Shown in pieces: positions 1 through 9,594 of a stretch of 64,000 nucleotides of DNA. Origin of the DNA: Candidatus Nomurabacteria bacterium (GTDB lineage Bacteria > Patescibacteriota > Minisyncoccia > Phycocordibacterales > UBA918). Each line of letters begins with the position of its first letter. The stretch's first letter is position 1. Below the pieces are notes generated by a model. That model ran no database searches, had not been told where the DNA came from, and was given only the letters and a program-made list of their open reading frames with translations. The stretch is from NCBI GenBank assembly GCA_020632075.1, contig JACKGH010000001.1, positions 259,216 through 323,215 on the forward strand. Direction: 5' to 3'. A program made the position numbers and the translations under genes.

Positions 1-515
1 CCATCTCACCAAAGTTCAAGGAAACCGTAGAAGCAGCAAACAAGGCAAGTATTAGCTTGCGAAAAGGAAACACTCTCATTGATCCTAAAAAGCTTGAGCG
101 GGCAAGTGTTAGTGAAAAAGAGATGGAAGCCTTCAGAAGTGAGCGGACTGGAGACACTGCACCACATCGTGATTACATGATCAAAAATCAATCTCTGCTC
201 AACTCAATAGAGATGCTTTGTTTCATGGTGAATACAAACTTGGCTGATGAAGAGATGGTCTTCAATTGTGTCGGAGGTGTCACGACGCACCTCATCAGCA
301 TGTTTAACATGGACATCCGACTTTCACGAAGCAGCGATTTTTACGGAGTAAAAACATACCAAAATATTACCAAGGTGTACGATTTGTGGCACTGTCGAAT
401 CGGACGTCTGAGAAAAGAAGAAGAGATCAATAAGCACCAAACCAAAGTAAGGACTCTGTATGGCGAAATGCTTGAGTTATCCAGACCTACAACACCGCCA
501 GTTGGCACAACTTAA
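1..515 (+). CDS. hypothetical protein, 5' end truncated by the window edge (frame is open to position 3)
   Basis: ORF continues upstream of window; no recognisable family; possible Rx6H (HEPN-like) motif RTGDTAPH, weak. Confidence 0.4.
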   Translation, partial: ISPKFKETVEAANKASISLRKGNTLIDPKKLERASVSEKEMEAFRSERTGDTAPHRDYMIKNQSLLNSIEMLCFMVNTNLADEEMVFNCVGGVTTHLISMFNMDIRLSRSSDFYGVKTYQNITKVYDLWHCRIGRLRKEEEINKHQTKVRTLYGEMLELSRPTTPPVGTT

Positions 516-571
516 ATCCATGATACAATCATTACATATGGTCTTGTACTAAATTCTTCACAATAGTAAAA

Positions 572-598
572 GAGTCGCCACATGGCGGCTTTTTTGCT
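572..598 (+). terminator. rho-independent terminator
   Basis: hairpin agtcgcca/tggcggct followed by TTTTTT. Confidence 0.6.
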
Positions 599-643
599 TA
601 ATTAATGTGGAATATAGATACTAAGTACGCTAGTATTTGCTGC

Positions 644-1261
644 ATGGAGTATTTGATATTCGACTTTGATGGGGTACTCGGCAACACCTGGAACGCAGTC
701 ATACACGGTATTGTTGCAAGTGGTAGAGAACCAGACACTGAATCTGCAATTGAAAATGCAAGGCGCTACGCCAGCAAAAGGCCCTTTCATTCTAAAGAAC
801 TCACTCTTTCCGACGAGAAGTTAGCAGCAGAATACGAATGGATCAGGTCGTTTGGCAAAATCGTGCACGATCACGGCTTCACACTCTTTGATGATCTTGT
901 TCAGGAAATACTAAAACTTGAAGATGCAAAGATCGCAGTCGTCTCAAGCGGATCACAAAACTACGTACTGCCAGCACTCCAGACTACAAAATTACAACCA
1001 ACCCACATCCTCGCCTTTGAAGACCACCACTCCAAGGAAGAGAAGGTCGCATTGGTCTGCCGTGACTGGGGAATTCCAATTGAAGACGTTTACTATTTCA
1101 CTGACACCCTAGCTGATGTCTATGAACTAAAGGATCTGATTGCACCAGATAAACTCATCGGGGTGAGCTGGGGCTACTGCGCTAAAGAACAGCTTTTGAC
1201 TGAGCTGCCAGAGAACAACATTCTCAATACTCCGCAAGACCTACCGAGCCTTTTCACGTAG
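644..1261 (+). CDS. HAD-superfamily hydrolase
   Basis: N-terminal motif LIFDFDGVLGNT (DxDG[VT]); alternative ATG at 605; TAGTAT -10-like 8 nt before the ATG at 644. Confidence 0.6.
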   Translation: MEYLIFDFDGVLGNTWNAVIHGIVASGREPDTESAIENARRYASKRPFHSKELTLSDEKLAAEYEWIRSFGKIVHDHGFTLFDDLVQEILKLEDAKIAVVSSGSQNYVLPALQTTKLQPTHILAFEDHHSKEEKVALVCRDWGIPIEDVYYFTDTLADVYELKDLIAPDKLIGVSWGYCAKEQLLTELPENNILNTPQDLPSLFT

Positions 1262-1331
1262 ATTTACAGAACAGACATTAAGTGGCAGAATAACCCTTAT
1301 ATTACTTGGGTAAACGGGAGTTATTTTGCGT

Positions 1332-4106
1332 ATGCATAAAAAGTTTGATCATAAGGAGATTGAGAAGAAATGGCAGGAGAAATGGCAGACTGACGGACTG
1401 TATGACACTGGCGAGCGTGACAACAGTAAAGAGAAAGAATACGTACTCGTGGAGTGGCCATACCCGTCAGGCAATCTCCACATTGGGCACTGGTACGCCT
1501 TTGCAGTACCAGATATCTACGTGCGCTACAAGCGCATGGTCGGCACGCAAGTACTGTACCCAATGGGCTTTGATGCCTTTGGTCTCCCAGCCGAAAATGC
1601 CGCGATCAAGCGCAACCTCAACCCACGCGAGTGGACCGAGAGCAATATCGAATACATGCGAGGCCAGCTCGCCAGCATGGGTAATGCGTTCTCCTGGGAC
1701 AAGACCTGCAACTCAACCGACCCCGAATACTACAAGTGGACACAGTGGATGTTCACTAAATTCTTTGAGAATAACATCGCGTACCGCGGCGAAGGTGTGG
1801 TGAACTGGTGTCCAGGCTGTAACACCGTGATCGCCAATGAGCAAGTACAAGCTGACGGCACTTGCGAGCGCTGTGATAGCGTGATCGAAAAGAAAAAGAT
1901 GCCACAGTGGATGCTTCGCATCACTGATTTTGCTGATGAGTTGATCGACGACCTCGCGCCACTCAACTGGCCTGAACATATAAAAGACGCTCAGCGCAAC
2001 TGGATCGGTCGCTCAGAGGGTGCTGAGATCGATTTTGAACTATCTGTCGGAGAGAAGGTGACTGTGTTTACGACGCGTCCTGATACACTCTTTGGTGCGA
2101 CCTACCTGGTACTCGCGCCAGAGCATGAGCTTATAGAAAAATACAAAGATTCGATCATAAACTGGGATGAAGTTGTCGTGTACGCAAAAGAGGCAAAACA
2201 AAAAGCAGAGCAAGATCGCCTCGATAACACCAAAGAAAAGACTGGGGTAAAGCTCGATGGTATTACCGCAACCAATCCAGCCAACGGCGAAGAAATCCCA
2301 GTCTACATCGCTGACTACGTGTTAGCTGGGTACGGTACTGGCGCTATCATGGCCGTACCAGCGCACGATGAGCGCGATCATGCGTTCGCGAAGAAGTATA
2401 GGATCCAGATCAAGTCAGTGGTCACTGAAAAGCCGCTCACACACGCTGGAGCACTACTTGAAGCAAAAGGGAAGCCCGGTACATTTCTCTTCCAGCTCCG
2501 GAAAAAGGACGCAGCAAAGCTGCCAGGAAAGTTGAGTTTCTTTGGTGGCAAGATAGAAAGTGAGGAAACACCACTTGCAGCCACCAAACGCGAACTCGAA
2601 GAAGAACTCGAGTTCAGTTTTACAGACGACGCAGTAAAGGCAACGTACTGCTTTGAATCTGAGATCCCTGGCATGCAAGGCTGGGTCGCGCATATTACTG
2701 ACGTCGATGAGTCATCACTCGTGCTTCATGAAGGCGATGAGATCGTCACACTTACCATAGATGAAGCGATCGAAGACCCACGATCCTCAGCCGGATTAGT
2801 ACAAGTGATGCGTATTTTGAAGGAGCAGAAGATCCGCACTGAGTACGGCGTCTTGGTAGATTCTGGAGAGTTTACCGGTCTTACCTCAGAAGAAGCAAAA
2901 GTAGCCATTACAGAAAAAGTTAGCGGCAAACTCACCAACACCTACCGTCTCCGTGACTGGTCGATCGGTCGTCAGCGCTACTGGGGCGTACCGATACCGA
3001 TCGTGTACGATCCGGAAGGAAGGGCACATCCAATTGCAGAGGAGCACTTGCCGTGGACACTACCAGAGGATGTTGACTTTAAGCCGACAGGGGTGGCGCC
3101 GCTTGCGAAGAGCGAAGCTCTCAAGCGGCGCGTCACCGAGATCTTTGGCGAAGGTTGGACACCAGAAGTAGAAACCATGGATACATTCGTGGATTCTTCG
3201 TGGTACTACCTCCGTTATATCGATAATAAGAACGATGCCGCATTCTCAAGCAAAGAAGCGCAGCAGACCTGGCTCCCGATCGATCTGTACTTCGGTGGTG
3301 CAGAGCATACCACCATGCACTTGTTGTACTCGCGTTTCTGGCAGAAGGCGCTGAAGCGGCTCGGCCTTGCGGAGCACGCCGAGCCGTACGCTCGCCGTAT
3401 CAATCGTGGACTTATCCTTGGTCCAGACGGCAACAAGATGAGTAAGAGCAAGGGAAATGTCATCGACCCTGACGAACAAGTAGAGCGAGTCGGTGCAGAC
3501 ACGGTAAAGATGTATCTCGCTTTTATGGGGCCATATGGGGAGACCGCGAACTACCCGTGGGACATGGGCGGCATTGCTGGTCTCCGCCGCTTCCTCGAGC
3601 GTGTATACGGACTAAGCGAACACATTACTGAAAATGAACCGGCCGCGATCACCTCATTGCTTCACAAGACAATCAAAAAAGTCGATGACGACATCAAGAA
3701 CTTCAAGTTCAACACTGCCATCAGCGCTATGATGATCTTGGTCAACGACATCGAGAAGCAGGGGATTGGAAAAGAATCGTACGAGCTGTTCCTTCGTATG
3801 CTGGCGCCGTTTGCACCGCATGTAACCGAAGAGCTCTGGCAGGCGGCTGGAAATTCGTCGAGTATTCACTCGACTGAATTTCCAGCCTTCGACCCCGACC
3901 TCGCCAAAGACAAGGAGGTTACCATCGGGGTGCAGATCAATGGTAAGGTCCGCGGCGATATCACCGTTTCACCAGAGGCGACCGAGGTAGAAGTGATGGC
4001 AACAGTCGCTGAAAACCATTCACTCCAGGCACGTATCAAAGACGCACAGATCCGCAAGATCATCTACGTTCCTGGCCGCATATTGAACCTTGTGGTTTCT
4101 GAGTAG
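1332..4106 (+). CDS. leuS: leucyl-tRNA synthetase with an inserted Nudix-like domain
   Basis: HIGH (HIGHWYAF), TTRPDT editing motif, KMSKS; ORF-track start at 1326 is TTG, ATG at 1332 gives MHKKFDHKEIEKKWQ. Confidence 0.95.
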   Translation: MHKKFDHKEIEKKWQEKWQTDGLYDTGERDNSKEKEYVLVEWPYPSGNLHIGHWYAFAVPDIYVRYKRMVGTQVLYPMGFDAFGLPAENAAIKRNLNPREWTESNIEYMRGQLASMGNAFSWDKTCNSTDPEYYKWTQWMFTKFFENNIAYRGEGVVNWCPGCNTVIANEQVQADGTCERCDSVIEKKKMPQWMLRITDFADELIDDLAPLNWPEHIKDAQRNWIGRSEGAEIDFELSVGEKVTVFTTRPDTLFGATYLVLAPEHELIEKYKDSIINWDEVVVYAKEAKQKAEQDRLDNTKEKTGVKLDGITATNPANGEEIPVYIADYVLAGYGTGAIMAVPAHDERDHAFAKKYRIQIKSVVTEKPLTHAGALLEAKGKPGTFLFQLRKKDAAKLPGKLSFFGGKIESEETPLAATKRELEEELEFSFTDDAVKATYCFESEIPGMQGWVAHITDVDESSLVLHEGDEIVTLTIDEAIEDPRSSAGLVQVMRILKEQKIRTEYGVLVDSGEFTGLTSEEAKVAITEKVSGKLTNTYRLRDWSIGRQRYWGVPIPIVYDPEGRAHPIAEEHLPWTLPEDVDFKPTGVAPLAKSEALKRRVTEIFGEGWTPEVETMDTFVDSSWYYLRYIDNKNDAAFSSKEAQQTWLPIDLYFGGAEHTTMHLLYSRFWQKALKRLGLAEHAEPYARRINRGLILGPDGNKMSKSKGNVIDPDEQVERVGADTVKMYLAFMGPYGETANYPWDMGGIAGLRRFLERVYGLSEHITENEPAAITSLLHKTIKKVDDDIKNFKFNTAISAMMILVNDIEKQGIGKESYELFLRMLAPFAPHVTEELWQAAGNSSSIHSTEFPAFDPDLAKDKEVTIGVQINGKVRGDITVSPEATEVEVMATVAENHSLQARIKDAQIRKIIYVPGRILNLVVSE

Positions 4107-4124
4107 TGTGGTACACTCAGGGTG

Positions 4125-4153
4125 TTGACCAATTTGAACGGACATGTTATAAA
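4125..4153 (+). promoter_or_regulatory. sigma70-like promoter TTGACC-N17-TATAAA
   Basis: sequence match upstream of the 4209 gene. Confidence 0.4.
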
Positions 4154-4208
4154 TTCGACCACGCATTGAAGACTGAGCAAACAAAACCCAATTTTCCGAA
4201 TTAATATT

Positions 4209-5234
4209 ATGATTTCATTTAAACCAAAACAGATTACAAAAGCCCTTTTGGAGGTATTGCCTGAACGAGCACGTGACGTGCTTGAGAAGCGCTACGGCCT
4301 TGGAAAGGACGGTGATACATTCACCCTCGAAGCGATCGGACAGTCGTACGGAATCACCCGTGAACGCGTTCGCCAGATCGAAAACTACGGCATTCAGTCT
4401 ATTCAAAAGTCTGAGGTCTATAAGAAGCACTACGAGCTCTTCATTGAGCTCCAGAAGCTGATCGATCAGCTTGGTGGTGGTCTCATTGCAGAGCAGGTCT
4501 TGCTCGACGAACTGTCTAGCGACGCTGCCACTCGCAACCACTTGTACTTCCTCCTTGTCGTCGGAGATCCGTTCTACAAGAGCAAGGAAAACCCAAACTA
4601 CACACACCGGTGGTACACCGAGCGTAAAGTAGCTGATGTGGTTGAAAAGGCTCTTCAGAATGTCTACAAGAGCCTCAATCGAGACGAACTTGTCTCTGAA
4701 CATGAAATCATCAATCGTTTCCGTGCTGAGCTTGCTGATGTAGCAGATGCTCACAACGAAGACGTGCTCAAGCGTTGGCTCCAGATCTCAAAGCAGATCA
4801 GCAGCAACCCACTCGGCGACTGGGGTCCAGCTGACAGTCCAAATGTTCGCGTTAAGGGTATTCGCGACTACGCCTATCTCGCCGTGAAGCGCCATGGTTC
4901 ACCAATGCACTTCCGTGAGGTAGCCTCAGCTATTAATGAACTCTTTGGGCACAAGGCACACGTTGCTACCACCCATAACGAGCTCATCAAGGATTCTCGT
5001 TTTGTCCTCGTTGGTCGCGGTCTCTACGCACTCACTGAGTGGGGATACACCGCCGGAGTCGTTAAGGACGTACTCCGCGAGATCCTCGCTACCGAAGGTC
5101 CACTCTCTCGAGAGGAGATCATCGATAAGGTCCGCAAGGAACGTTACGTGAAAGACAATACTATTCTCGTAAACCTCCAGGACACCAACCTCTTCAAGAA
5201 ATTGGCAAACGGTACCTACGCACTTGCTGAGTAA
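4209..5234 (+). CDS. DNA-binding protein with N-terminal sigma-70 region 4 HTH and C-terminal HARE-HTH-like winged helix
   Basis: LPERARDVLEKRYGLG...TLEAIGQSYGITRERVRQIE resembles sigma70 r4; C-terminal GSPMHFREVASAINELFG...GRGLYALTEWG. Confidence 0.6.
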   Translation: MISFKPKQITKALLEVLPERARDVLEKRYGLGKDGDTFTLEAIGQSYGITRERVRQIENYGIQSIQKSEVYKKHYELFIELQKLIDQLGGGLIAEQVLLDELSSDAATRNHLYFLLVVGDPFYKSKENPNYTHRWYTERKVADVVEKALQNVYKSLNRDELVSEHEIINRFRAELADVADAHNEDVLKRWLQISKQISSNPLGDWGPADSPNVRVKGIRDYAYLAVKRHGSPMHFREVASAINELFGHKAHVATTHNELIKDSRFVLVGRGLYALTEWGYTAGVVKDVLREILATEGPLSREEIIDKVRKERYVKDNTILVNLQDTNLFKKLANGTYALAE

Positions 5235-5248
5235 GCACCACGTCACAA

Positions 5249-5285
5249 ACGGCCGGCTGGGCATTAGCCCAGCCGGCCGTTTGTT
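5249..5285 (+). terminator. rho-independent terminator
   Basis: acggccggctgggc-atta-gcccagccggccgt then TTGTT. Confidence 0.75.
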
Positions 5286-5305
5286 ATGGTGTACAATACT
5301 GATAC

Positions 5306-6652
5306 ATGGGAGGAATCATCAAAACGATATTCGGTGCCATCATGATACCGCTCTTTTTGTTTTTAGCGCTCAGCTTCATGTTCTTTGTCGTGTCCATGAC
5401 CGGCACAGACCTTGAACCGATTCTCAGTATCATCGTTGCCACCAGCCCAATCTGGCTCCCGTACACACTTTTCTACATTACCTTCGAAATGTGGATGTGG
5501 TCTGTCGGTGAGAAATTCAAATACCAAAATGGACGGAGCACCCTCCGCATCAAACTCCCACAGGAAGTACTCAAATCTCCAGAAGCGATGGAAAGTGTTC
5601 TTACCCAGGTACACAACGTCAACAGTCCGGATAACTACATGCAAACATACCTGGACGGCAAGCGACCACTCACACTCAGTCTTGAACTTGTATCGATCGG
5701 TGGTGATGTACGCTTTTACATCAACTGCCCGACCAAGAAGATCAAGAATGCGCTTGAAGCACAGCTCTATGCACAGTATCCAGGAATTGAAGTCACCGAA
5801 GAATTGGTCGACTACGCAGCTGAGGTGGTATGGGATAAAGACAAGTGGGAACTGATCTCTTTCCACATCCTCAAGAAGAGCAAGACCAGAGATGATGATG
5901 TCTTTCCGATCAAAACATATATCGATTACGGTCTCGATAAGCAACCAAAGGAGGAGCTCAAGTTTGAACCAATGGCACCGATCCTCGAACACCTGGGGAG
6001 CGCCAAGCCACATGAGCGTGTCTGGATCCAGATACTCTGTACACCACACGCAAAGAAAACTCTTAAAACAGGTAGTTTAAGCAAGCAAGATACCTGGGAA
6101 AAAAGCGCGGCTAAGAAGATCAATGAAATGATGGGGCGCGATGACAAGCGCATGAGTGTCGCTGGTGAAGAAACTGACACGCGCCCAATGCTCACTATGG
6201 GTGAGCGAGATGTGATCGCATCGATCGAGCGAAATACCAGCAAGTACGCGTATTCGGTGGGCATTCGTGCCATGTACATCACTCAAACAGGCAAATTCAA
6301 TCCTGACATGATAAGTCCGATGCTTCGTGGTTTCGGACAATTCGACATGATCGGACGAGCCAACCTTGGTCCAATGTGGCGCACAGACTTCGACTACAAT
6401 TTCTTCCAAGATTTCACTGGGCAGCGCAAGATCCGCATGAAGCGCAATGAACTCGAGTACTACAAGGCGCGCTACTATACCGAAGGTGACAAAAAGAACC
6501 TGGTTGACCGTGAGCGCATTATGTCGGTAGAGGAGCTGGCAACCATTTACCATATCCCTGGAACCTCAGTTATCACCCCAGGTGTTGGGCGAGTCGAAAA
6601 TACTCGCCGCGAAGCACCAGCCAATCTACCGATCGGCGAGTTGCCAACTTAG
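5306..6652 (+). CDS. hypothetical membrane-anchored protein (2 N-terminal TM helices, about 380 aa soluble domain)
   Basis: ORF with hydrophobic N-terminus; no Walker motifs; TACAAT 9 nt before ATG. Confidence 0.55.
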   Translation: MGGIIKTIFGAIMIPLFLFLALSFMFFVVSMTGTDLEPILSIIVATSPIWLPYTLFYITFEMWMWSVGEKFKYQNGRSTLRIKLPQEVLKSPEAMESVLTQVHNVNSPDNYMQTYLDGKRPLTLSLELVSIGGDVRFYINCPTKKIKNALEAQLYAQYPGIEVTEELVDYAAEVVWDKDKWELISFHILKKSKTRDDDVFPIKTYIDYGLDKQPKEELKFEPMAPILEHLGSAKPHERVWIQILCTPHAKKTLKTGSLSKQDTWEKSAAKKINEMMGRDDKRMSVAGEETDTRPMLTMGERDVIASIERNTSKYAYSVGIRAMYITQTGKFNPDMISPMLRGFGQFDMIGRANLGPMWRTDFDYNFFQDFTGQRKIRMKRNELEYYKARYYTEGDKKNLVDRERIMSVEELATIYHIPGTSVITPGVGRVENTRREAPANLPIGELPT

Positions 6653-6654
6653 CT

Positions 6655-7683
6655 ATGTCAGAAGAACGAGTCAACTTTCACCCGAACACTATGGAACCAA
6701 GTTCAGCCAAGATTCGTCGGGTGCACTGGATATTTAAGCTCCTGGCCATGATTGTCATCCTCGGTGCATGTACACTTGGCGTTCTATACTGGTATCTCAA
6801 TAGGCTAAACCAGCCACCAGTACTATTTCCTATTGATCAAGCGGTGACCATTGAACAAGGCATGAATGTTAATGCGATCACTGAGATGCTTGCAGAAAAG
6901 CATATTGTTCAATCTAAGGCCTTACTGTACTACATCATACTGCTCTTCCATGATCCTACAGACATTAAGGCAAGCACGTATGTGTTTGAACACCCACTTA
7001 CAACGGGCGAAATTGCACTACAACTCACGCAGGGTGACTTCGATACAGATCTTGTACGCTTCACACACATAGAAGGTGAACGAGCAACAATGATCGCAGC
7101 CCGTGCTGCTGATGTACTACCGAATTTTAATCCCTCTAATTTCATTGCCGAAGCTGAGCCTCTGGAAGGTAGGTTGTATCCTGACACTTATTTTATTCCA
7201 GCAGATTACACCGATAAGCAACTTCTAACACTTTTGTTGGAGACCTTCGACGAAAAAACTGCGCCTCTTGAAGCGCAAGTCGCGTCATCCTCACTTTCTT
7301 TTGACGAAATTCTAGTCCTTGCCTCCATTATTGAACGTGAAGCAAACACCCCAGAATCTATGCGCCTGGTGTCGAGTGTACTGCAGAACCGCCTGGAAAT
7401 AGACATGGCCCTACAAACAGACGCTTCCATAGAATACATCCTCGACAAACCACTTTCTGAACTTACTCCTGAAGATCTAGAAATTAACTCCTTATACAAC
7501 ACTTACCTCTATCCTGGGTTACCTCCAACACCAATTGGCAATCCTGGCCTTGATGCGATCATGGCCGTTCTCGAACCAGCAGAGAGTGAATATTTCTACT
7601 ACATCACAGATAACGAAGGAGTGTTCCATTTTTCTGAGACATACAACCAACATTTGCGAAATATCGACCTCTATCTCAAATGA
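6655..7683 (+). CDS. mltG: endolytic murein transglycosylase MltG (YceG family)
   Basis: N-terminal TM, conserved YNTY...GLPPTPIGNPG motif. Confidence 0.85.
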   Translation: MSEERVNFHPNTMEPSSAKIRRVHWIFKLLAMIVILGACTLGVLYWYLNRLNQPPVLFPIDQAVTIEQGMNVNAITEMLAEKHIVQSKALLYYIILLFHDPTDIKASTYVFEHPLTTGEIALQLTQGDFDTDLVRFTHIEGERATMIAARAADVLPNFNPSNFIAEAEPLEGRLYPDTYFIPADYTDKQLLTLLLETFDEKTAPLEAQVASSSLSFDEILVLASIIEREANTPESMRLVSSVLQNRLEIDMALQTDASIEYILDKPLSELTPEDLEINSLYNTYLYPGLPPTPIGNPGLDAIMAVLEPAESEYFYYITDNEGVFHFSETYNQHLRNIDLYLK

Positions 7684-7685
7684 TC

Positions 7686-7712
7686 AAAAAGGCGCCCTTC
7701 GGGCGCCTTTGG
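7686..7712. terminator. bidirectional terminator hairpin
   Basis: aaaaaggcgccc-ttc-gggcgcctttgg between convergent genes. Confidence 0.7.
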
Positions 7713-7718
7713 CTACTT

Positions 7719-8030
7719 TTACTCTGCCGGTGCTTCTTCTGCTTCCTTGAGGTACTTTTCGATATAGTACTCGCAGACAGTTCGAAACACATTTTCCTTC
7801 CTGAGTGCACTATCGCCTTTCCCAAGATTCGTGATCGGCGTAACACCACTACAGATCTTCTCGTCCCAGTCCATGAGCTCGACGAGCTTGACTCCTTTGA
7901 GAATTCTCTCAAGCTCCATGAAGTCCATTGACTGAAGTCGCCACAGACGATTCCAGAACTGGAGAAATTGTCCGTCAGTCAGACTGTTTGACCTCTCGAG
8001 CACATCGAGAGCTGTCAACATGCCTTGCAT
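7719..8030 (-). CDS. hypothetical protein (about 104 aa)
   Basis: the long ORF 7719..8492 overlaps mnmA; trimmed to internal ATG giving MQGMLTALDVLERS. Confidence 0.45.
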   Translation of the reverse strand: MQGMLTALDVLERSNSLTDGQFLQFWNRLWRLQSMDFMELERILKGVKLVELMDWDEKICSGVTPITNLGKGDSALRKENVFRTVCEYYIEKYLKEAEEAPAE

Positions 8031-8186
8031 CAGCGCGGCGCGAATGATCGGCGAGCTCTGTGCTTGTACGAACAAAAGTTTACTGATCGGTTTCAATACG
8101 CACCTCCTAGAGTGCAGTGGGAAAACTAGCTGTAAGTATGAATACAATATTTTTACTTGTGAGTCAACATGTGCTAGTCTGGGCGG

Positions 8187-9248
8187 ATGCAACAGAAGGA
8201 AACCGTGTTTGTCGGACTTTCGGGAGGAGTTGATTCGTCGGTAGCGGCCGCGCGCCTTTTGGCGCGCGGCTACGAGGTAGTCGGCGTCTTCATCAAAGTC
8301 TGGCATCCTGATTTCATGGTCTGCAATTGGGAACAAGAACGACTCGACGCTATGCGCGTTGCTGCACATCTTGGTATTCCTTTTCTCACCTGTGATGCCG
8401 AAGCGGCGTATCGTGACGAAGTAGCTCAATATTTTATTGAAGAATACCGAGCCGGACGCACGCCAAACCCCGATGTAATGTGCAACCAGCACGTTAAGTT
8501 TGGCGCATTCTTACGCTTTGCAAAAGAAAAAGGTGCCACCTACATTGCCACTGGGCACTACGCACAACGCGTAGATGGTGAGCGCGGCCCCGAGCTACAT
8601 CGTGGAGTAGATAGCGGTAAAGATCAAACATACTTCCTCTGGAGCCTCGGAGATGAGCAGCTCGGGGCCGCGCTTTTCCCAGTCGGTGACACACCAAAAG
8701 AGCAAATTCGCAAAGAAGCTGAGCAGCTCGGCATACCAGTTGCAGACAAGAAAGACAGCCAGGGCATCTGTTTTCTTGGCCACGTCGATATTCCAGAGTT
8801 CCTCTCGCACTACATCGATCTTGAACCTGGCAATGTTTTGAGTGAACAAGGTGAGGCGATCGGAACACACAAAGGCGCGCTGGTGTACACTCTTGGCCAG
8901 CGACACGGCTTTACTTTAAACACACATGACACAAGCCGCCACGCGATGTTTGTGACCAGTCGAGATATTGAAAATAACACCATTACCGTAGGGGAGGCGC
9001 GGCCTTCGGCCGCGCCTCATGGCACCATCACCCTCACCAACACCACCCTTCGCTCACCCCTTTCACCAGGCAATCAGATCGAAGCGCAGTTCCGTTACCG
9101 CCAAACCCCATTTAAAATTGAGATAATCAGTGTAGGCGAGAACGAACTAGCACTTAAAACTCTTGAATCAACCGAGCAACCAGCAGCGGGTCAATCTTGT
9201 GTCTTATACGAAGGTCAACACTGCCTTGGCGGTGGTACAGTACTGTAA
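8187..9248 (+). CDS. mnmA: tRNA-specific 2-thiouridylase MnmA
   Basis: PP-loop SGGVDSS, conserved MnmA core. Confidence 0.9.
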   Translation: MQQKETVFVGLSGGVDSSVAAARLLARGYEVVGVFIKVWHPDFMVCNWEQERLDAMRVAAHLGIPFLTCDAEAAYRDEVAQYFIEEYRAGRTPNPDVMCNQHVKFGAFLRFAKEKGATYIATGHYAQRVDGERGPELHRGVDSGKDQTYFLWSLGDEQLGAALFPVGDTPKEQIRKEAEQLGIPVADKKDSQGICFLGHVDIPEFLSHYIDLEPGNVLSEQGEAIGTHKGALVYTLGQRHGFTLNTHDTSRHAMFVTSRDIENNTITVGEARPSAAPHGTITLTNTTLRSPLSPGNQIEAQFRYRQTPFKIEIISVGENELALKTLESTEQPAAGQSCVLYEGQHCLGGGTVL

Positions 9249-9314
9249 CTATTGATTTTCTGTAATTTTATGTTATAGTAATCGTGTACAGTACACCACA
9301 CTAGGAGACAACTA

Positions 9315-9527
9315 ATGTCACAAGCTGCAATCAAGTATAGCGTCGCCACCAGCGAACAGATCCAGCAGATTCTCAAGCTCAGCGAGGGAGCTGTCCTGAA
9401 GGTCATCAACGACGAGATCGAGTTGACCGAGGAGGAGGCTCAGATGCTCCTCCAGCATGGCGAAAGCTTCGCTCGTGCCATGCAGGAAGAAGCAAGGCAC
9501 ATGATCCGCAAACTGATCGGCGCGTAA
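9315..9527 (+). CDS. hypothetical small protein (70 aa)
   Basis: AGGAG RBS 8 nt upstream; followed by hairpin plus T-run. Confidence 0.5.
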   Translation: MSQAAIKYSVATSEQIQQILKLSEGAVLKVINDEIELTEEEAQMLLQHGESFARAMQEEARHMIRKLIGA

Positions 9528-9538
9528 CGCAGTATCCA

Positions 9539-9568
9539 ACGGCGACCCACAAGGGCCGCCGTTTTTAA
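9539..9568 (+). terminator. rho-independent terminator
   Basis: cggcgaccc-acaa-gggccgccg then TTTTT. Confidence 0.55.
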
Positions 9569-9594
9569 TTACACTGAGATGCTATGATAGTGGC

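Noticed and set aside
918-4063. Numerous 60 to 130 aa ORFs nested in or antisense to leuS and other large genes (for example 918..1112, 1306..1803, 1713..1979, 2378..2674)
   Set aside because: They lie fully inside well-supported conserved genes in other frames or on the other strand, and have Ser/Arg-rich compositions
7719-8492. 257-aa minus-strand ORF
   Set aside because: Upstream two-thirds overlaps mnmA and its promoter region; trimmed to the internal ATG at 8030
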